Assembly (NCBI GenBank): GCA_024137785.1
Contig: JAHRHZ010000013.1
Location: 16,558,251 to 16,622,250 of the forward strand
Direction of reading: 5' to 3'
DNA from: Ginglymostoma cirratum
Taxonomy: Eukaryota
DNA length: 64,000 nt
Below the pieces are notes generated by a model, which was not told the DNA's origin, searched no databases, and saw nothing but the letters and a program-made list of their open reading frames with translations. The position numbers were made by a program, and so were the translations under genes. Positions 24,480-37,530 of the stretch are shown piece by piece (position 1 is the first letter of the stretch; every line of letters starts with the position of its first letter).

Positions 24480-25980
24480 GGAAGAAGTGTCGAATAGGTT
24501 ATCGAATCTCAGTCTTCCCTATACTCAGGAGAGGTGCCACAGGACTGGAGAATTTACATATGACACCCTTGTTCAAAAAACCTTAGAAGGATAAGCTCAT
24601 CACTGACAGAGCTACCAGTTGAACTTCAGTGGTGGGGAAGTTCTAGAAATAATTATTTGGGGTAGAATCAGTAGTCACGTGGAAAAGGGTGGGTTGTCCA
24701 ATAATAGCCAGCATGGATTTCAAAGGTGGAAATTGGTTCTGACTAACTTGCTGGAGTGTATTGAAGAGGGAACAGAAAGGGTCATAGATTCATTGAGTCT
24801 ACAGTACAAAAAAACATCCGTTGGCCCATTGAGTCTTCACTGGTCAAAAATGACCACCTAATTAATCTAATCCCATTTTCTAGCACTTGGCCCTTAGTCT
24901 TGTGTGCTTTGATATTGCAAGTGTACATTTAAATACTTCTTCAGTGCTATGAGGGTTTCTGCCTTTATCTCCCTTACAGGCAGTGAGTTCCAGATTCTCA
25001 ACAGCCTCAGGGTGAGAAATCATTTTTTTTCACTCCCTTACCTTAAGTCAATGCCCTCTGATCCTTGTCCCTCCACCAAGGTGAAATGTTTCTTCCTGTC
25101 TCCCCCGTCTACACCCTTCATAATTTTATGCATCTCAATCATGTCCCCCAACCCCCAGTCTCCTCTGCTCCAAGGGAAACAGCCTGGGTAACATTCTGCT
25201 AAATCTCCACTGCACCCTCTCCTATGTAATCATATCCCTCCTATAACGTGATTCCAGAATCGACGAGGGTAATGCAGTTTTGGAAGGTGCTTGCCTCACA
25301 ACAAACTTGACAGAAACGTTGTAGTTCATAGAATGAAAGGTACAGCAGCAAACAGAGGAGGAAATATAGAGTGATGGTCAAAGGATATTTGTCGAGCTGG
25401 AGGTAAGTTAGTCATGGACTTCACCAGGGTTGGTGTTCACACCCTGCTATGTATTAACGATCTAGACCTTGGTGTGCAGGGGACAATTCAAACTTTGTAT
25501 CTGATACAAAACGTGGAAGCACTTTGAACTATGAGGAAAACAGTCTCGAATTCCAAGAGGACACAGACAAATCAGTAGAGGTGGCCACGAAGGCCACAGA
25601 TAACGTTCAAGGTAAAGTGTGAGGTGATGTATTTTGATAGGAAGAATATGGACAAACAAAGTTTAAAAAAAGGGGGAAAGTACTTTAGGGGATGAAGGGG
25701 CAGAGAACCTGAGTGTATATGTGCACAGATCACTGAAGGTGGCAGGGAAAGTCAGAAACCCAATGAAAAAAAAGCATATCCTATCCTGGGCTTTAGTGAT
25801 AGGGGTTAGAGTACAAGAACCAGGATGTGATACTGACCTTGTATAAGACACTTGTCAGCTGGAGTATTACGTACAAGTCTGAGCACCACACAATAGGAAG
25901 CATGTGAACACACTGGATAGAGTTCAGAAAGATTTCCAAAAATGGATCCAGGGATAAGGAAGTGCAATTATGGGGATATA
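24480..25980 (+). mobile_element. CR1 LINE reverse-transcriptase fragment split by a nested antisense CR1
   Basis: SQHGF...LTNLLE..EE.TERV ends at ~24782 and resumes as DEGNAV at ~25262. Confidence 0.85.
24783..25260 (-). mobile_element. Nested CR1 3' fragment
   Basis: Reverse-complement CR1 tail and ORF2 end (ggcccattgagtct...ctctgctccaagggaaac...ctccactgcaccctctcc). Confidence 0.85.
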
Positions 25981-26929
25981 ATGGGGGACATATCTCCCAA
26001 GCCCCAGCAGAATTGAGAACTGCCTAACATCCAGGCCGAGGCTGGAGCTTGTAAACTGCAACAACAACTTAAAGTGATCTCTTTGATAAATTGGGTCGCT
26101 GGGAGACCTGATACATTTGCTCCTATATAAACGAGGGTTTCTGAATCTGTTTGGAGACATGCCTAGAAGGTTGATCATTTGACATTCTTAACAGATAACA
26201 TCCAACAGCACATTGTCTGATCACTTGACCTGTGACCACATGAATTCTCCAAATGCAATTGATTTAACTTATAACTTTTGGGTCATGTATTTCAGTACAA
26301 CTGTCAAGGCAGTAGCTGTTTTGCGACAAGTTCCTCAAACCAGGAAGCTATCTGAGAGCAAACAAAGAGTACACCAAATTTGTGAAAGAGACTAAAATTG
26401 AGCGCAGGGTAAACAAGAGACAGAGAAACCTATCAATTCAGTCAAGGACTCCTCATTCCAGACATCAATCCTCATAATTGCTGAGGGTTTCCAAGTATCA
26501 ACAACATTGATTCTCGCTTCTTTCGTCTCTTTCCCCCTGTATCTCCACATGTATATGCTTCTGCTGGTGAAGCAGTATCTTTAAACTGCTGATCTCCAAC
26601 TTCTCCGTGACTCTCCAAAACCTCCAATGGGCAGTTGGTTGGCACACTTCAACCCTTTGCCAAGAAAGAGCCCACGTGTCTTTAAGGCCTGAGACTGAAT
26701 GTGAGTAAATAAGCATATTTATGTAGTTATTGTACCAATCAAGATCAATACAAAGGCAGACCTCATACAATTGAAAATTAAAAGTACATTTCACATTTTT
26801 AAAGTTGAGGTGGGGGGAAATCCGAAGGCCTATTATCCAATGGAAACCAATTCCATGCTTAAGAGTCTCCAAATTGAACTACGTGTACTGAGAAGAGCAC
26901 ACATCTTACCCATAATCCCTCTTGCAATG

Positions 26930-27846
26930 ACCTACCTTTGATCCCCTACTCTTAGTCATGTACATGCTGACCCTTGGTAAAATCATTCAAAATTATGACA
27001 TTAATTTTTTTCTGTTTATGGATGATATCCAGCTCTCTTGACCCTTACCCCTGTCTCCAAACAGTCTGGCTGCTGTCCAATATCCAGCACTGAATGAGTA
27101 GAAAAGTCCGACAATTTAATAATAAGACGACAAATTCTGGTGCCTTTCCATCAACATCGTGCCCCTCCCTGGCCGAAGTTGTTTGAGACATCTTGGAGCC
27201 TCAGTATTGTACTTGACCCTAAGGTGAACCACACATCCACTCCAGCACTCATAGCACTGATGAAATACCCATTTGTCCCTTCATTACCTCTAGTCTTGAT
27301 TCTTTCAACACACTCTAGGCCAGACCCTCACTCCACTCTGTCTCCAGCAACGCCATAAACCTGAGTCCGCTGCCTATATCCTAACTCACCGAGCCCGTTT
27401 CATCCATCTCCTCTTTGCTAGTTTATCTACATTGGCTGCTAGTCAAACAAATCACAATTACAAAGTTCTTGTCTTTCAAGTCATTAACAGCTTTGCCCCT
27501 CCCTGTATCTATGGTCTCTTTCAGCCTTAAAACACTTAACCTTGAAACTAAGCACTCCGCCAATTCAAGATAATTGTACATCCATAATTTTAATCACTCC
27601 ACCATTGGCAGCTCTGCCACCAGCTACCCAGGCCTACGCTTCAGCATTCCTTCCCTGTATCCTCTTGCTGGTCTTTTTCTGTTTCCTCTTTAAGTCGCTC
27701 ATTAAAACCTTCCTCTTTGACCAACTGTTTTGTCATTTAATGTCCCCTTATGGGACTCAGGGTCTAAATTTTGTTCCCTAGTTCTCCTGTGAAACACCTC
27801 GAATTTTTTCTGCATCAAAGGCACTATGTAAACGCAAGTTGTTGTT
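26930..27846 (+). mobile_element. L2-clade LINE 3' fragment
   Basis: PLL..MYML.LGKII....FMDDIQL (a YADDTQL-like motif). Ends with aaaggcactatgtaaacgcaagttgttgtt, an L2-type tail. Confidence 0.8.
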
Positions 27847-27994
27847 ATCTCGATCTAGAAACAGTAAATAAGGCATCAGGATCCAAGGGGTTTTGGTGTA
27901 CCTCTAATACTGTTGATGAGTAAAAAGGTAAAACTTTGCACCTTACAAGTCCAGCCCATGGCTAAGCTCTCATGATTGGTGATTACATTTAACT

Positions 27995-28552
27995 TTGAAC
28001 TCAGACATAGGGATGTCCTACTGCAGTTAGATAGGGCCTTGATGGGACCATACCTGGAGTATTATATGCAGTTTTAGCTAAAAAAGATTACACTTCACAT
28101 AGAGAGAGTGCAGTGGAGGTTTGCTAGGCTGATAACAGGGATGGTAGGTCTCTCCTATGAGGAAAGTGGGTCTGTATTCACTAGGTTTAGAAGGATGACC
28201 TGATGGAAACATACAAAATTCTAACAGGGCTGGACAGATCAAATGCAGGGAGGACATTTTCCTGGTTGTGATACACAGTAGGCCATTTAGGACTCAGACA
28301 AGAAGCATTTCTTCATTCAAACAATGGTGAACCTGTGCAATTCTCTATCACATAAATCCACAGAGGCCTCATCACTGAATATATTCAAGGTAGAAATAGC
28401 TTCATTTTTAGAAAATTAAAGACATCAAAGGGTTTGAAGAGAAAGTGGAAATACAGTATTAAGATAGAGGATCAGCCATGATCATGCTGAATGGGAGAGC
28501 AGACCTGAAGGGCTGAATGGTTTATTCCTGATCCTAATTTCTGTTTCTATGT
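27995..28552 (+). mobile_element. CR1 LINE 3' fragment
   Basis: DVLLQL.RAL.GP.LEY...DLMETYKILTGLDR, plus tail gatcagccatgatcatgctgaatgg...gaagggctgaatgg. Confidence 0.88.
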
Positions 28553-30134
28553 AACTGTATGTATTACATAATAACTGTACCACTACACTCCAGGATCCTG
28601 TGACTCATTGTATTCTCTGTGCGTCAGCACTTGTCATGTGTTCTTTTGTCTTCATCTTGAAGGTGCACTCTAATTAGGGTTTAATAAAATTTGTTCAAAA
28701 TTTTCAATTGCATGTAAGGTTCAATTTAGTATTGTAAAGTATTATTGAAATTACTACATAAGTGTACATCCTCTACTAAATAAGCTCAGTGCTTAAATGT
28801 GTCATCCACAATTATGCATGTGACTGCAACATTGGAAATGGCTCTTCCAGATTGTATAACTGTGAAATGGAATGCAGTCTCCATAAGACTGATGACTTTA
28901 CATCTGTCAAACTAGTCACGTAGACTCTTGATTGGTTTGACTCATTTGCCGAAGTGAATGTTTGCAGAAGGACAGGATGGAACTGCAAATAATATTTGAA
29001 AGTGCTTGTCGCCTAGTCTATTTCTTTTGAGGAGACTGCAGGATTCATCGGATTAACTTAGCAGAACACATTACCATATCTCCCAGCTTTCATTTTTAAG
29101 CCAATGGGTTTCTGTGCCATTGTTGAACTTCAGCAGATGGATTTGACTCAAAAAGCTACCACTTTATGTTTTCCGCAACACTGATCAGCGTTCCTGCATT
29201 TCACATCATTTTGGTGCAAACGAGGAAACTGTTCATGTTCCAAGTAAAGAATAGCTCTATTTTTTTCAAATTTGGGCCAGAGTTACTCCCAACATGAGCA
29301 AACCATGCATTATTGGCGTCAGACACAATGCTATTCAAACTTAAATTAAAATTTTGCAAATGGTAAGTTATATAAATTCTACGTTATTAAATTAAATCTT
29401 CAATTACTTTAAAGTTGAAATTGTGTAGTGGCCAAAGTATGCTCCACAGGCCAGATTGCTGTCCAGTAAATTAAAATATGTGTTTGTATGCAACCCTCTT
29501 ATACTTCAGATTTCTCCTATTTGAATGTTGAAAATCTGAAGGCTGAGAAAGATTTCTTCCATTATGAGGTCATTCCAAATTCACCAATGATGAAGATAGG
29601 TGCCAACACATCTGTCCAAATCTTTAGGTCTGGAGAAGTTAAACTTGAATATGGATGATAAAGGTGAAACAGCAGTGAAGATTGTTAATTCCAAACTTTA
29701 GGTTTGGGAAGCTTTAGTAATATGAACTAGATATTGGTTTGGAAGAGGTTAGAGTTAATAAATTGTGATTTGAGTCTGAGCAAGCATCCAGGTCGAAGCT
29801 GAAATGCATTCCAATTATGTGAAATGTTATGTATGTAGTTGTGATGTCTTCCCCCTTAACAGAGTAAGTCAGGTAACCCGGAGGCAGGAGACAGACAGGG
29901 AGTGAAGGAAGGACTGTGGAGCTGAGAGGACACAGAATAAGGTATTCCCTGTTCGAATTTTCCCTCTGTCTACCTCTGTTCTGACTATGGTTCTAGTGAA
30001 CCACAAACTCAACAGCTGATGACAAGAGTAGGATTTGGGCCACAAACTATGTGAGAATGTTTCTTTGTGATGGGAGGAAGGATGTCGCCCACACTTTGAA
30101 AACGGTCCGGGATTACGGAGGTAAAATCAAGAGA

Positions 30135-30432
30135 AGCAGTCGCAAGGTTTGAATCCTGCCACAGCAGATGGTAGAATTTAATTCAATAAAAATTTGGAAT
30201 TAGGAGTGTAATAATGACCATGAAACTATTGCCAATTGTTGGAAAAACCCACCTGGTTCACTGAAGTCCTTTAGGGGAGGAAACTGCCATCCATACTTGG
30301 TCTGGTCTACATGTGACTGCAGACCCACAGCAACATGGTTGATTCTTAACTGATTCCTGGGCAATTAGGAATGGGCAATGAATGCTGGCCTGGCCAGTGA
30401 AGCCCTTATCCCAAAAATGAATGATTAAAAAA
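30135..30432 (+). mobile_element. tRNA-derived SINE family B nested in the Gypsy 5' region
   Basis: ggtttgaatcc B-box, gcagatggtagaatttaattcaataaaa body, tail gaatgattaaaaaaa. Same family at 54258 and 62783. Confidence 0.85.
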
Positions 30433-31780
30433 AGCGACTCAGGCTGCGGTCATGCCAGGGAAGAGTGGTAGGTACCAGCGAGCGGGCTAAGAGCAGTGGT
30501 TGTGAGGGGATTTGGGCCACAGCTGATTGCTGAAGTGGGCAGAACTCAGCTGGGAGCTTATCGTGGAATATGTTTGCAAGGGGACTCGGGTTGCAAATGG
30601 TTACTAGACTCGATTGGTAGGAAAACAAAATGACGGGCCAATTTGAAGTGATGAGACCATTTGATGAAGAGACAGAACATTGGACACTTTACACGTAACG
30701 TTTTGAAGTATACTTAAAGGCTGAAGACATAATTGTGCAGGTTTTCTTGAGTATCGTTAGGAGCAAGACCTTTGTGACTCTAAGGTGTCTCGTGCAACCA
30801 AAGAAACCCACAGAGAAGACATACTAAGAGCGATGCGAAGTGTTGGGGAGTTATTTCGCAGCAAAGCTACATGTGATCAGGAAAGTTTCCGTTTGTATAA
30901 ACAGGTATAGCAAGAAGGAGAGTCCATTGGAACAATGTGAATTCAGAGGGTTCCTCCAAGATGCCTTGAGGAACTGTTTGGTTTATGGCCTCTGACAGAA
31001 AGCCATTCAATAGAAGCTACTAACGAGGAGAGATCTGCACTTCAAGGCGGCTTTTGAAATTGCTACCTCTATGGAGTTGGTTGCCAGCAAAGCAACACTG
31101 TTGAATGACAATGCCCAGGTGCACAAAATAACAGAAACTCAGTGGAGCACAGTACCAACTGTAGAATGCCATCGATGTGACTGAAGTGGACACAAGGAGT
31201 CAATGTGTTGGATTCGAGAAGCCCAGTGCCGCAGGTGCAAGAGCATGGACCATATTCCCTGAAATTACCGGGTGCAACTCAAGCAAGAGAAGGCATGTCT
31301 AAAGGAGACAATTCAAAGGACAAGGCATAAGGTATATGCTGTCAGCCAGGGAGCGGACAGGCAGCCAGCTGGGTCTGCAGGAGAAGCAGAAAGCCCAGAG
31401 TCAGTGGAGTTTCAGTTAAACATCCTATCGGTACGGGGTGAAGCTGGTCTTTTCTGGGTTCTTCCCAAATTGGAGGGTAAGACATTAAAGACAGAAGTAG
31501 TTACGGGGCAGCAGTGTCTCTGATTCCCGAGTGCGTAACAATGGTTCACAGTTTGTCGCTCAAGAGTCCAAGGAGTACCTGGAAAATCACAGTGTCAGGC
31601 ACGTGAGATCAACTCTCTATCACCCTGCAACAAACAGCTAGGCAGTGAGATTTGTTCAAATCTAGAAGCAGGCGTTAAAGGCCGCACAAGGGGACGGTTT
31701 GCAAGGTGGAGAATCAACAAGTTCCTCAGCATGTACAGGAACTCACCACATTCAATGACCCAGTGTTCACCAGTGTCCTT

Positions 31781-31955
31781 ATAGAATCATAGGGCTGTAC
31801 AGCATTGGAACAGACCCTTCGGTCCAACTCGTCCATGCCAGCCAGATGTCCTAACTTAATCCAGTCCCATTTGCCGGCATTTGGCCCATATCCTTCTAAA
31901 CCCTTCCTATTTATGTACCATCCAGATGCCTTTTAAATGCTATGATTGTAACGCC
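31781..31955 (-). mobile_element. CR1 3' tail nested in the Gypsy element
   Basis: atagaatcataggg...acagacccttcggtccaactcgtccatgcc...tagtccc-like tail, the same as at 33385. Confidence 0.85.
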
Positions 31956-33094
31956 TCAATGTTGAACTGTCAGCTGAGAACCATGTTTGGTTTACTGTGG
32001 GTGGGAGAGATCAGAGAGGTAGTAGAACAAAATCAAGAAGGACAGATAGTGAGAAGGGGGGATTCTCATGACCGAGAGTATTCCACAGAGGAGAGCGCAT
32101 GTTGCCCTGGAATGATAGGTCTGGGGTTAAACAGATCCCAGCAGCGATGCAGGTGGCTCAGACAGGACTACTGACATATATGGTACAGATTAGGGATGAA
32201 CTGGTCTGGAGGAGACACATGGACCAGCTGGTCACCACACCTCACCAATGGGAGGCTGTCCCCCAGAATAATGAGCCAGTCCAGGTGGGACCAGTGGTAT
32301 CCACCAAGTCATGTGTCTCCGAGCCAGCGTTAGCCATACCCACAGAGGAGACAACAGCAGGGTCACAGGGCACCACAGCCAATCAGAGAGGGACATATCT
32401 GCAAAACAACAGAAGCTTCCGGATGCATGGGAGACTGCACTAGAAAAGGTTTCTGAGATGAGGAGACGGTCTTTGAAAAATCGTCAACCCCCAAGAGACT
32501 AATTATGTCAATATAACGATAGGATTGTTTTCTTTTACCATTTTCTTGTATATGTTCCTGACAATGTATGTATGTTAGTTACAATGCTTGTAGAATAGTT
32601 ACAATTGTTGAATGCATATATATCGATAAGGGGAGTACGGATATAAAGGGGGAGAGGTGTTATGTATGTAATTATGTGATGTTGCCATTTTAAGAGGGTG
32701 GGTCAGGTGACCCAGCTTGGGGACATGGGGACATGGAGACTGAGTGTGGAGCTGAAAGGATGCACAATAAAGTGTTCCCCGTTCATGCTTACCCTCCATC
32801 TACCTCGCGTTTCATTTAATAGTTCTAGTGAACCACAAAAGAACTTCTTGCTGGATTTGAGCAGACCATCCTCAGTGTCATCCATGTTGAAATAAAGAAA
32901 GCTGTGGTTCTGATCTGGTTTTCATCCAGATGGTAATAATTGAAAGGGAATTAGTCAAACTGCACAGTGTGGTCAGCGAATCAAGGCCAGTGACAAACAG
33001 GCACGGATTGAAGATGCTCCAGACCCAGAAATATATTTCAACTGACCCATTTGCTGGGAGGGGCCAGCAGATGTCACCAGCAAACTGTGGTGAA

Positions 33095-33305
33095 ACAAAA
33101 AAACGAAAGTGCTGGAGAATCTCAGCAGATCTGGCAGCATCTTTGGAGAGAAAGCAGAGATAACGTTTAAAGTACAGCGGCCTTAGACTTGAAACGTTAA
33201 CTCCATTTTGGTCTCTACAGATGCTGCAAGATCCACTGAGTTTCTCCAGCACTTTCTTTTTTTGTTTCTGACCTCCGGTATCTGCAGTACTTGGTTTTTA
33301 TTTTA
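33095..33305. mobile_element. Palindromic Penelope-like mini-element with 10-bp TSD
   Basis: Inverted arms gaaagtgctggaga..ctcag / ctgagtttctccagcactttc around gaaacgttaac. ctgtggtgaa at 33085-33094 and 33308-33317. Confidence 0.8.
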
Positions 33306-33384
33306 GGCTGTGGTGAATCTTGTCTTACCCACCTGGCCTACTGGGATCTTGACTTAGGAGACTGCAGCTCTCAGCAATAACACA

Positions 33385-33855
33385 GAATCAGAGTCACAGA
33401 GCTGTACAGCCAGAAACAGACCCTTTGGTTCAACTCGTTCACGCCGACCTGATATCCTAAATAAATCTAGTCCCATTTGCCAGCATTTGAACCATATCCC
33501 TCTAAACCCTTCCTATTCATGTACCCATCCAGATGCCCTTTAAATGTTGTAATTGTACCAGCCTCCACCACCTCCTCTGGCAGCTCATTCCATACATGCC
33601 CCACCCTCTGCATGAAAAGGTTGCCCGTTAAGTCCCTTTTAAATTTTTTCCCTCTGACCTTAAACCTATGCCCTCTAGTTTTAGACTCCCCTACCCTGGG
33701 GAAATGACCTGAACTATTCACCCTGTCAGCCTCCGACACACCAGGGAAAACAGCCCCAGCCTTTTGAGCCTAAAACTCAAACCCTCCAATCCCAGCAACG
33801 TCCCTGTAAATCATCTCTAAATGCTTTCAAGTTCCACAACTTTTTTCCTATCAGG
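33385..33855 (-). mobile_element. CR1 (HER1-like) LINE 3' fragment
   Basis: ORF 33467-33739: FPRVGESKTRGHRFKVRG...WNELPEEVVEAG...GKWD. Confidence 0.92.
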
Positions 33856-34149
33856 AAAATCACATGACCAGAACACTTCACTAACTGTTATTATACAAAG
33901 AACTGATGTCAGCCTGAAGTGATTGGAAAAGAACTGGTTGAAGGGTGAAGCATTTTTCTCTCAGTGTTAACAGTGGAGTCAACATGGAGCACCTCTAGGC
34001 TTCTGCAATATACATCAATGCTGTTTTTATTTGCTTCCTCTTTTTACTGTTTATGGGTTGACAAGCATTTTTGATTGACCGGCACAGCTCAATCCCAGAG
34101 CATTGCAGGATATCATAAATTTTGCCATCCCATGGATGTTGAAAATTTG

Positions 34150-34280
34150 AAAAACAAAATCAAAAATGGCTGAAATACTTAGCAGGTTTGGCAGCCCACG
34201 CGAATACAGAAACACACGGGCAAGTTTTCAGGTCAATAATCCGAATGAGAGGTTAAATCTGTTTTCCTTTCCACAGTTGT
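34150..34280. mobile_element. Decayed Penelope-like mini-element
   Basis: gctgaaatacttagcaggtttggcagc arm followed by gttaaatctgttttcctttccacag. Confidence 0.45.
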
Positions 34281-34789
34281 CTCCAGTAAAACTAAGTGTT
34301 TGTAGCATTTTGAAAATTGTCGCTGCTGAGGCATTGTTGCCCTGTCATGTTGAGAAAGCTTATCCTCTCCATGCAGACTTTCTGTTAGAGAATGTGTGCA
34401 TGTGGTTGTGGACAGTACAACTGCTGTTGATGCTCTTGCTCCCATTTTTCCTCACTCGGGGTTGATATGATGGCTGCAAAAGTTGCTCCCATGCTGCAGT
34501 GAAGGCTGACAGCACCGAAAATCAGATCAAAGTAAAGTCTAAGACAGGTGAAAAGACTTCCAAAAAATTGGACATCACCTATGAAGCACTGAATTCAGAC
34601 TCTCAGAACTAGTCCCGGGAGGACAAACACTGCACACAGGCAGATCCACAGTTTCACGGTTTAAAGGCTTTCGAGCCTGTGCATTTCATTGATCAATGAC
34701 TCCCTGATGTGCTGTGCCCCTGTTGATCCTCGCAAGTTCTGGGGAGCTCAGGTTCTGGCTGTAAAAGCCAGAATACTGTATTAATTCTG

Positions 34790-35230
34790 CAACTTATTGC
34801 TTGTTTGAATATTTAAATCACTTATGAGAGAACAGAGGCTTAGCCCTTACAGGTTTGATAACATCCTGTTGAAACCATGCCAGACATCCAACTAAAGCTA
34901 ATATATTCTTTCTGAGATAGCGTACCCGGAATTGAATGCAGTACTCTGGTAAGATTGAACCAGGGCTGTGCCCAGTTGTAATATATCTTCTTCCCTTTGA
35001 ATTTCAGGCCTCTTGAGATAAAGGTCAACAACCTTTTAGCGTCTTTATCATTTTTATAGTTGTGCACAGGTTTTTAGAGATTTCTCCATATTTATCCTCA
35101 ATCTCTCTACTAATCCTCACTTTTCATTTGTTCTATTCTGGTCTACATGCCCTGAGGGCAAAATGGAAGACTTGAGTTTCCAAATTGAACTTTATCTACA
35201 AGCTTTTTCTACTCATTTTAATCTATCAAT
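34790..35230 (-). mobile_element. Old CR1 fragment
   Basis: Minus strand AKRLLTFISRGLKFK, followed by a decayed LEYCIQF-type segment. Confidence 0.7.
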
Positions 35231-35295
35231 CACTCGACCAATTTTCGCAAACCTTAACTGTAAGGGTATATAATAAGTTGCACTGAACGATGCAA

Positions 35296-35640
35296 TCATA
35301 GAATCCCTATAGTGCAGATAGAGGCCATTCAGCCCATCAAGTCTGCACCAACCCTCTGATGAGCATCTCACCCAGAACTATTCCCCCTGACCAGACACAT
35401 AACCGCAACCTTTACCATGGCTAATCTATTTAGCCTGCACATCCCTGGACACAACGGGCAATTTAACATGGTCAATCAACATAGTCTACACATCTTTGCA
35501 CTGTGGGAGGAAACCAGGGCACCCAGAGGAAAGCCATGCAGACACAGGGAGAACACGCAAACTTCACATATACACCCAAGGCTGGAATCAAACCCAGGTC
35601 CCTGGTGCTGTGAGGCAGCAGTGTTAACCACTGTGCCACT
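35296..35640 (-). mobile_element. HE1-like SINE
   Basis: atcatagaatcccta...ggtgctgtgaggcagcagtgttaaccactgtgccac. Confidence 0.9.
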
Positions 35641-37259
35641 CCAAAAGATATGATTTAATGAATGCATGGGTAACATCAAAGAGATGGACTTCAGAAGGGG
35701 AATGCAGGTCACTGGACTGTTCAAACATACTGAAAGAGGCAGAGAGATCCTAGAGGGTGAGGAGTAGTACCACACTGTAGTCAGAACCACATTGGGATAA
35801 CATAGCTTCCCCAGGAGTTATCAAGGTTAAAAGAGTTAAAACCCTTCAGGGTTCTTCAATCAGTGATTTAAACATTCAAACAAGAAATTTATTGCAACTT
35901 AAATCAATATTCTGGCTTTAAAAGCACTGGTGAACTTGACCAGTGCAGGACAGAGAGTAAAACTAGCTTGAATAGTCTCAAAAGGGGAGAAGATTGAAGA
36001 AATATACAGAAAATCGGGCAGATTTGTGGAAGTGAACTGTACATCGAGGAATGCAATTCTAAACACAAATATAGACAAATGTACTGAGAACATAAACTCC
36101 ATTCCCATAACAAGGTAATCAGTATACAAATTATATCTGTATGCTTCATTCCCAATTCTATTTAACATTTATTTTGTTTTGATTCTAATGTATGCGACTT
36201 CAACTTGACTGATTGCTGCATATGAGTAAAATGCCTCTTGAAATGCCCATCCAGTTCCTTCATATTTATTTTATCATAGCAATTAGAACTTGGAGACCTT
36301 ACTTCGAGGAAGACTGGAGTTCTACCTAGCCAAGGAGAAGAAAACAAAATCAAGTTAGTAGTTCAATTATCTTTAACTATCCTTCTCAAAAATACTGCAA
36401 TAGGTTTTAACACCAGGTATGAACGGGATAATGTAGGCAGAACATTCATGGTCAGAAGCCAGATCCAATTTACAGGCCTGACCACATTACTATGTCACTA
36501 GCAAATGTCATTGCCACAAAAAGATGTCTACTACGATCCAAGATGAGGAGTCAAAGGATGTGTGGGGATGTGTTTGCCAACCTCCTACTCCTCCTCCCAA
36601 GGTGGCCAAACCTTCACAGCACTTCAGACACTGTACAAACCCATCCATTTCCTGAACTGACTCCCACACTTTCGCTGCCATTCAACTCAATTGTGCTTTT
36701 ATCTCCAGAATTATGCTTTGACTTTATGATAGCATTTTTGCCTGCGAGTTAAAAAGCTACAAGCTCAAATCCTACTCCAGATGCCTCTGTCTTTTAGATG
36801 ACAACTAGGTCTCTAACTATTCGCCTGCAGAAGCCATTGCACCTGCCAGATCTAACTTCAAGGTTCAACACCTTCTCTTTAGAAAAAACATTTTCAGGCA
36901 AGCCACGCAATGATAGTGGAGTCTGACCCACTTTCATCTTCATACGTAACTCTTCATCCTTACTTCAAATTTTTATATCTGTATTCTAGCTAATAATTAA
37001 ATCACTTTACGCTATGTTGCTGGTTACTTTTAAATGGAGCTGTTCAAAAAATGGAGGGGACCACAAACAGTGGGAAGTGCGCAATAGGGCAGACTTGGAA
37101 AGATGTTCATTTCTTGGAGATTTGGAGCACGAGAAAAGTTTACAGAGAATGGCTTTGAACACAATGTTGAGCAAGTTACATTTAAAGCTTTGATGGATGA
37201 GGAATCAATGTAGATTTGCTCTCTGGTGCTAACTACACCGCTCCAGTGTCACATCTGTA

Positions 37260-37530
37260 GTTGAGGAATTTATTAGAAAAATCATCTTACGTGTTATCAT
37301 TTGACAGAATAAAGGTTATGGGGAGCTTTATGACTCCTGTAGGAGTAGCAGTGGCGAGCTGGACCTCGTGTCCTGTCGAGGCTCCCTACTTTTAATATAT
37401 TTACATGGCATGATGAGTCATTATATTAAAACTTTTTGTAATTACAACATAATTTCAACCATAAATCAGTGGTTGTATTTGAATCATGTGACGCCTGACT
37501 CACATTAGTTTACAGGCAGCTTGCAACAGT
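37260..37530. promoter_or_regulatory. Candidate enhancer (Pbx-Hox, Meis, AP-1 and E-box motifs)
   Basis: TGACAG at 37302, TGAGTCA at 37414, TGATTTATGG (minus) at 37459-37468, CATGTG at ~37485, TGACTCA at 37496, all in repeat-free DNA. Confidence 0.35.

Larger units (their letters stand above)
29825..32837 (+). mobile_element. Internally deleted Gypsy LTR retrotransposon with both LTRs
   Basis: LTRs at 29825-30005 and 32658-32837 (tgttatgtatgta...gttctagtgaaccaca), polypurine tract aaagggggagagg. gag PFDEETEHW.LY..RF at ~30630, two CCHC-like knuckles at ~31165-31270, protease start ~31450-31525, integrase NNGSQF...YHPATN...RFVQ at ~31535-31680. Confidence 0.9.
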
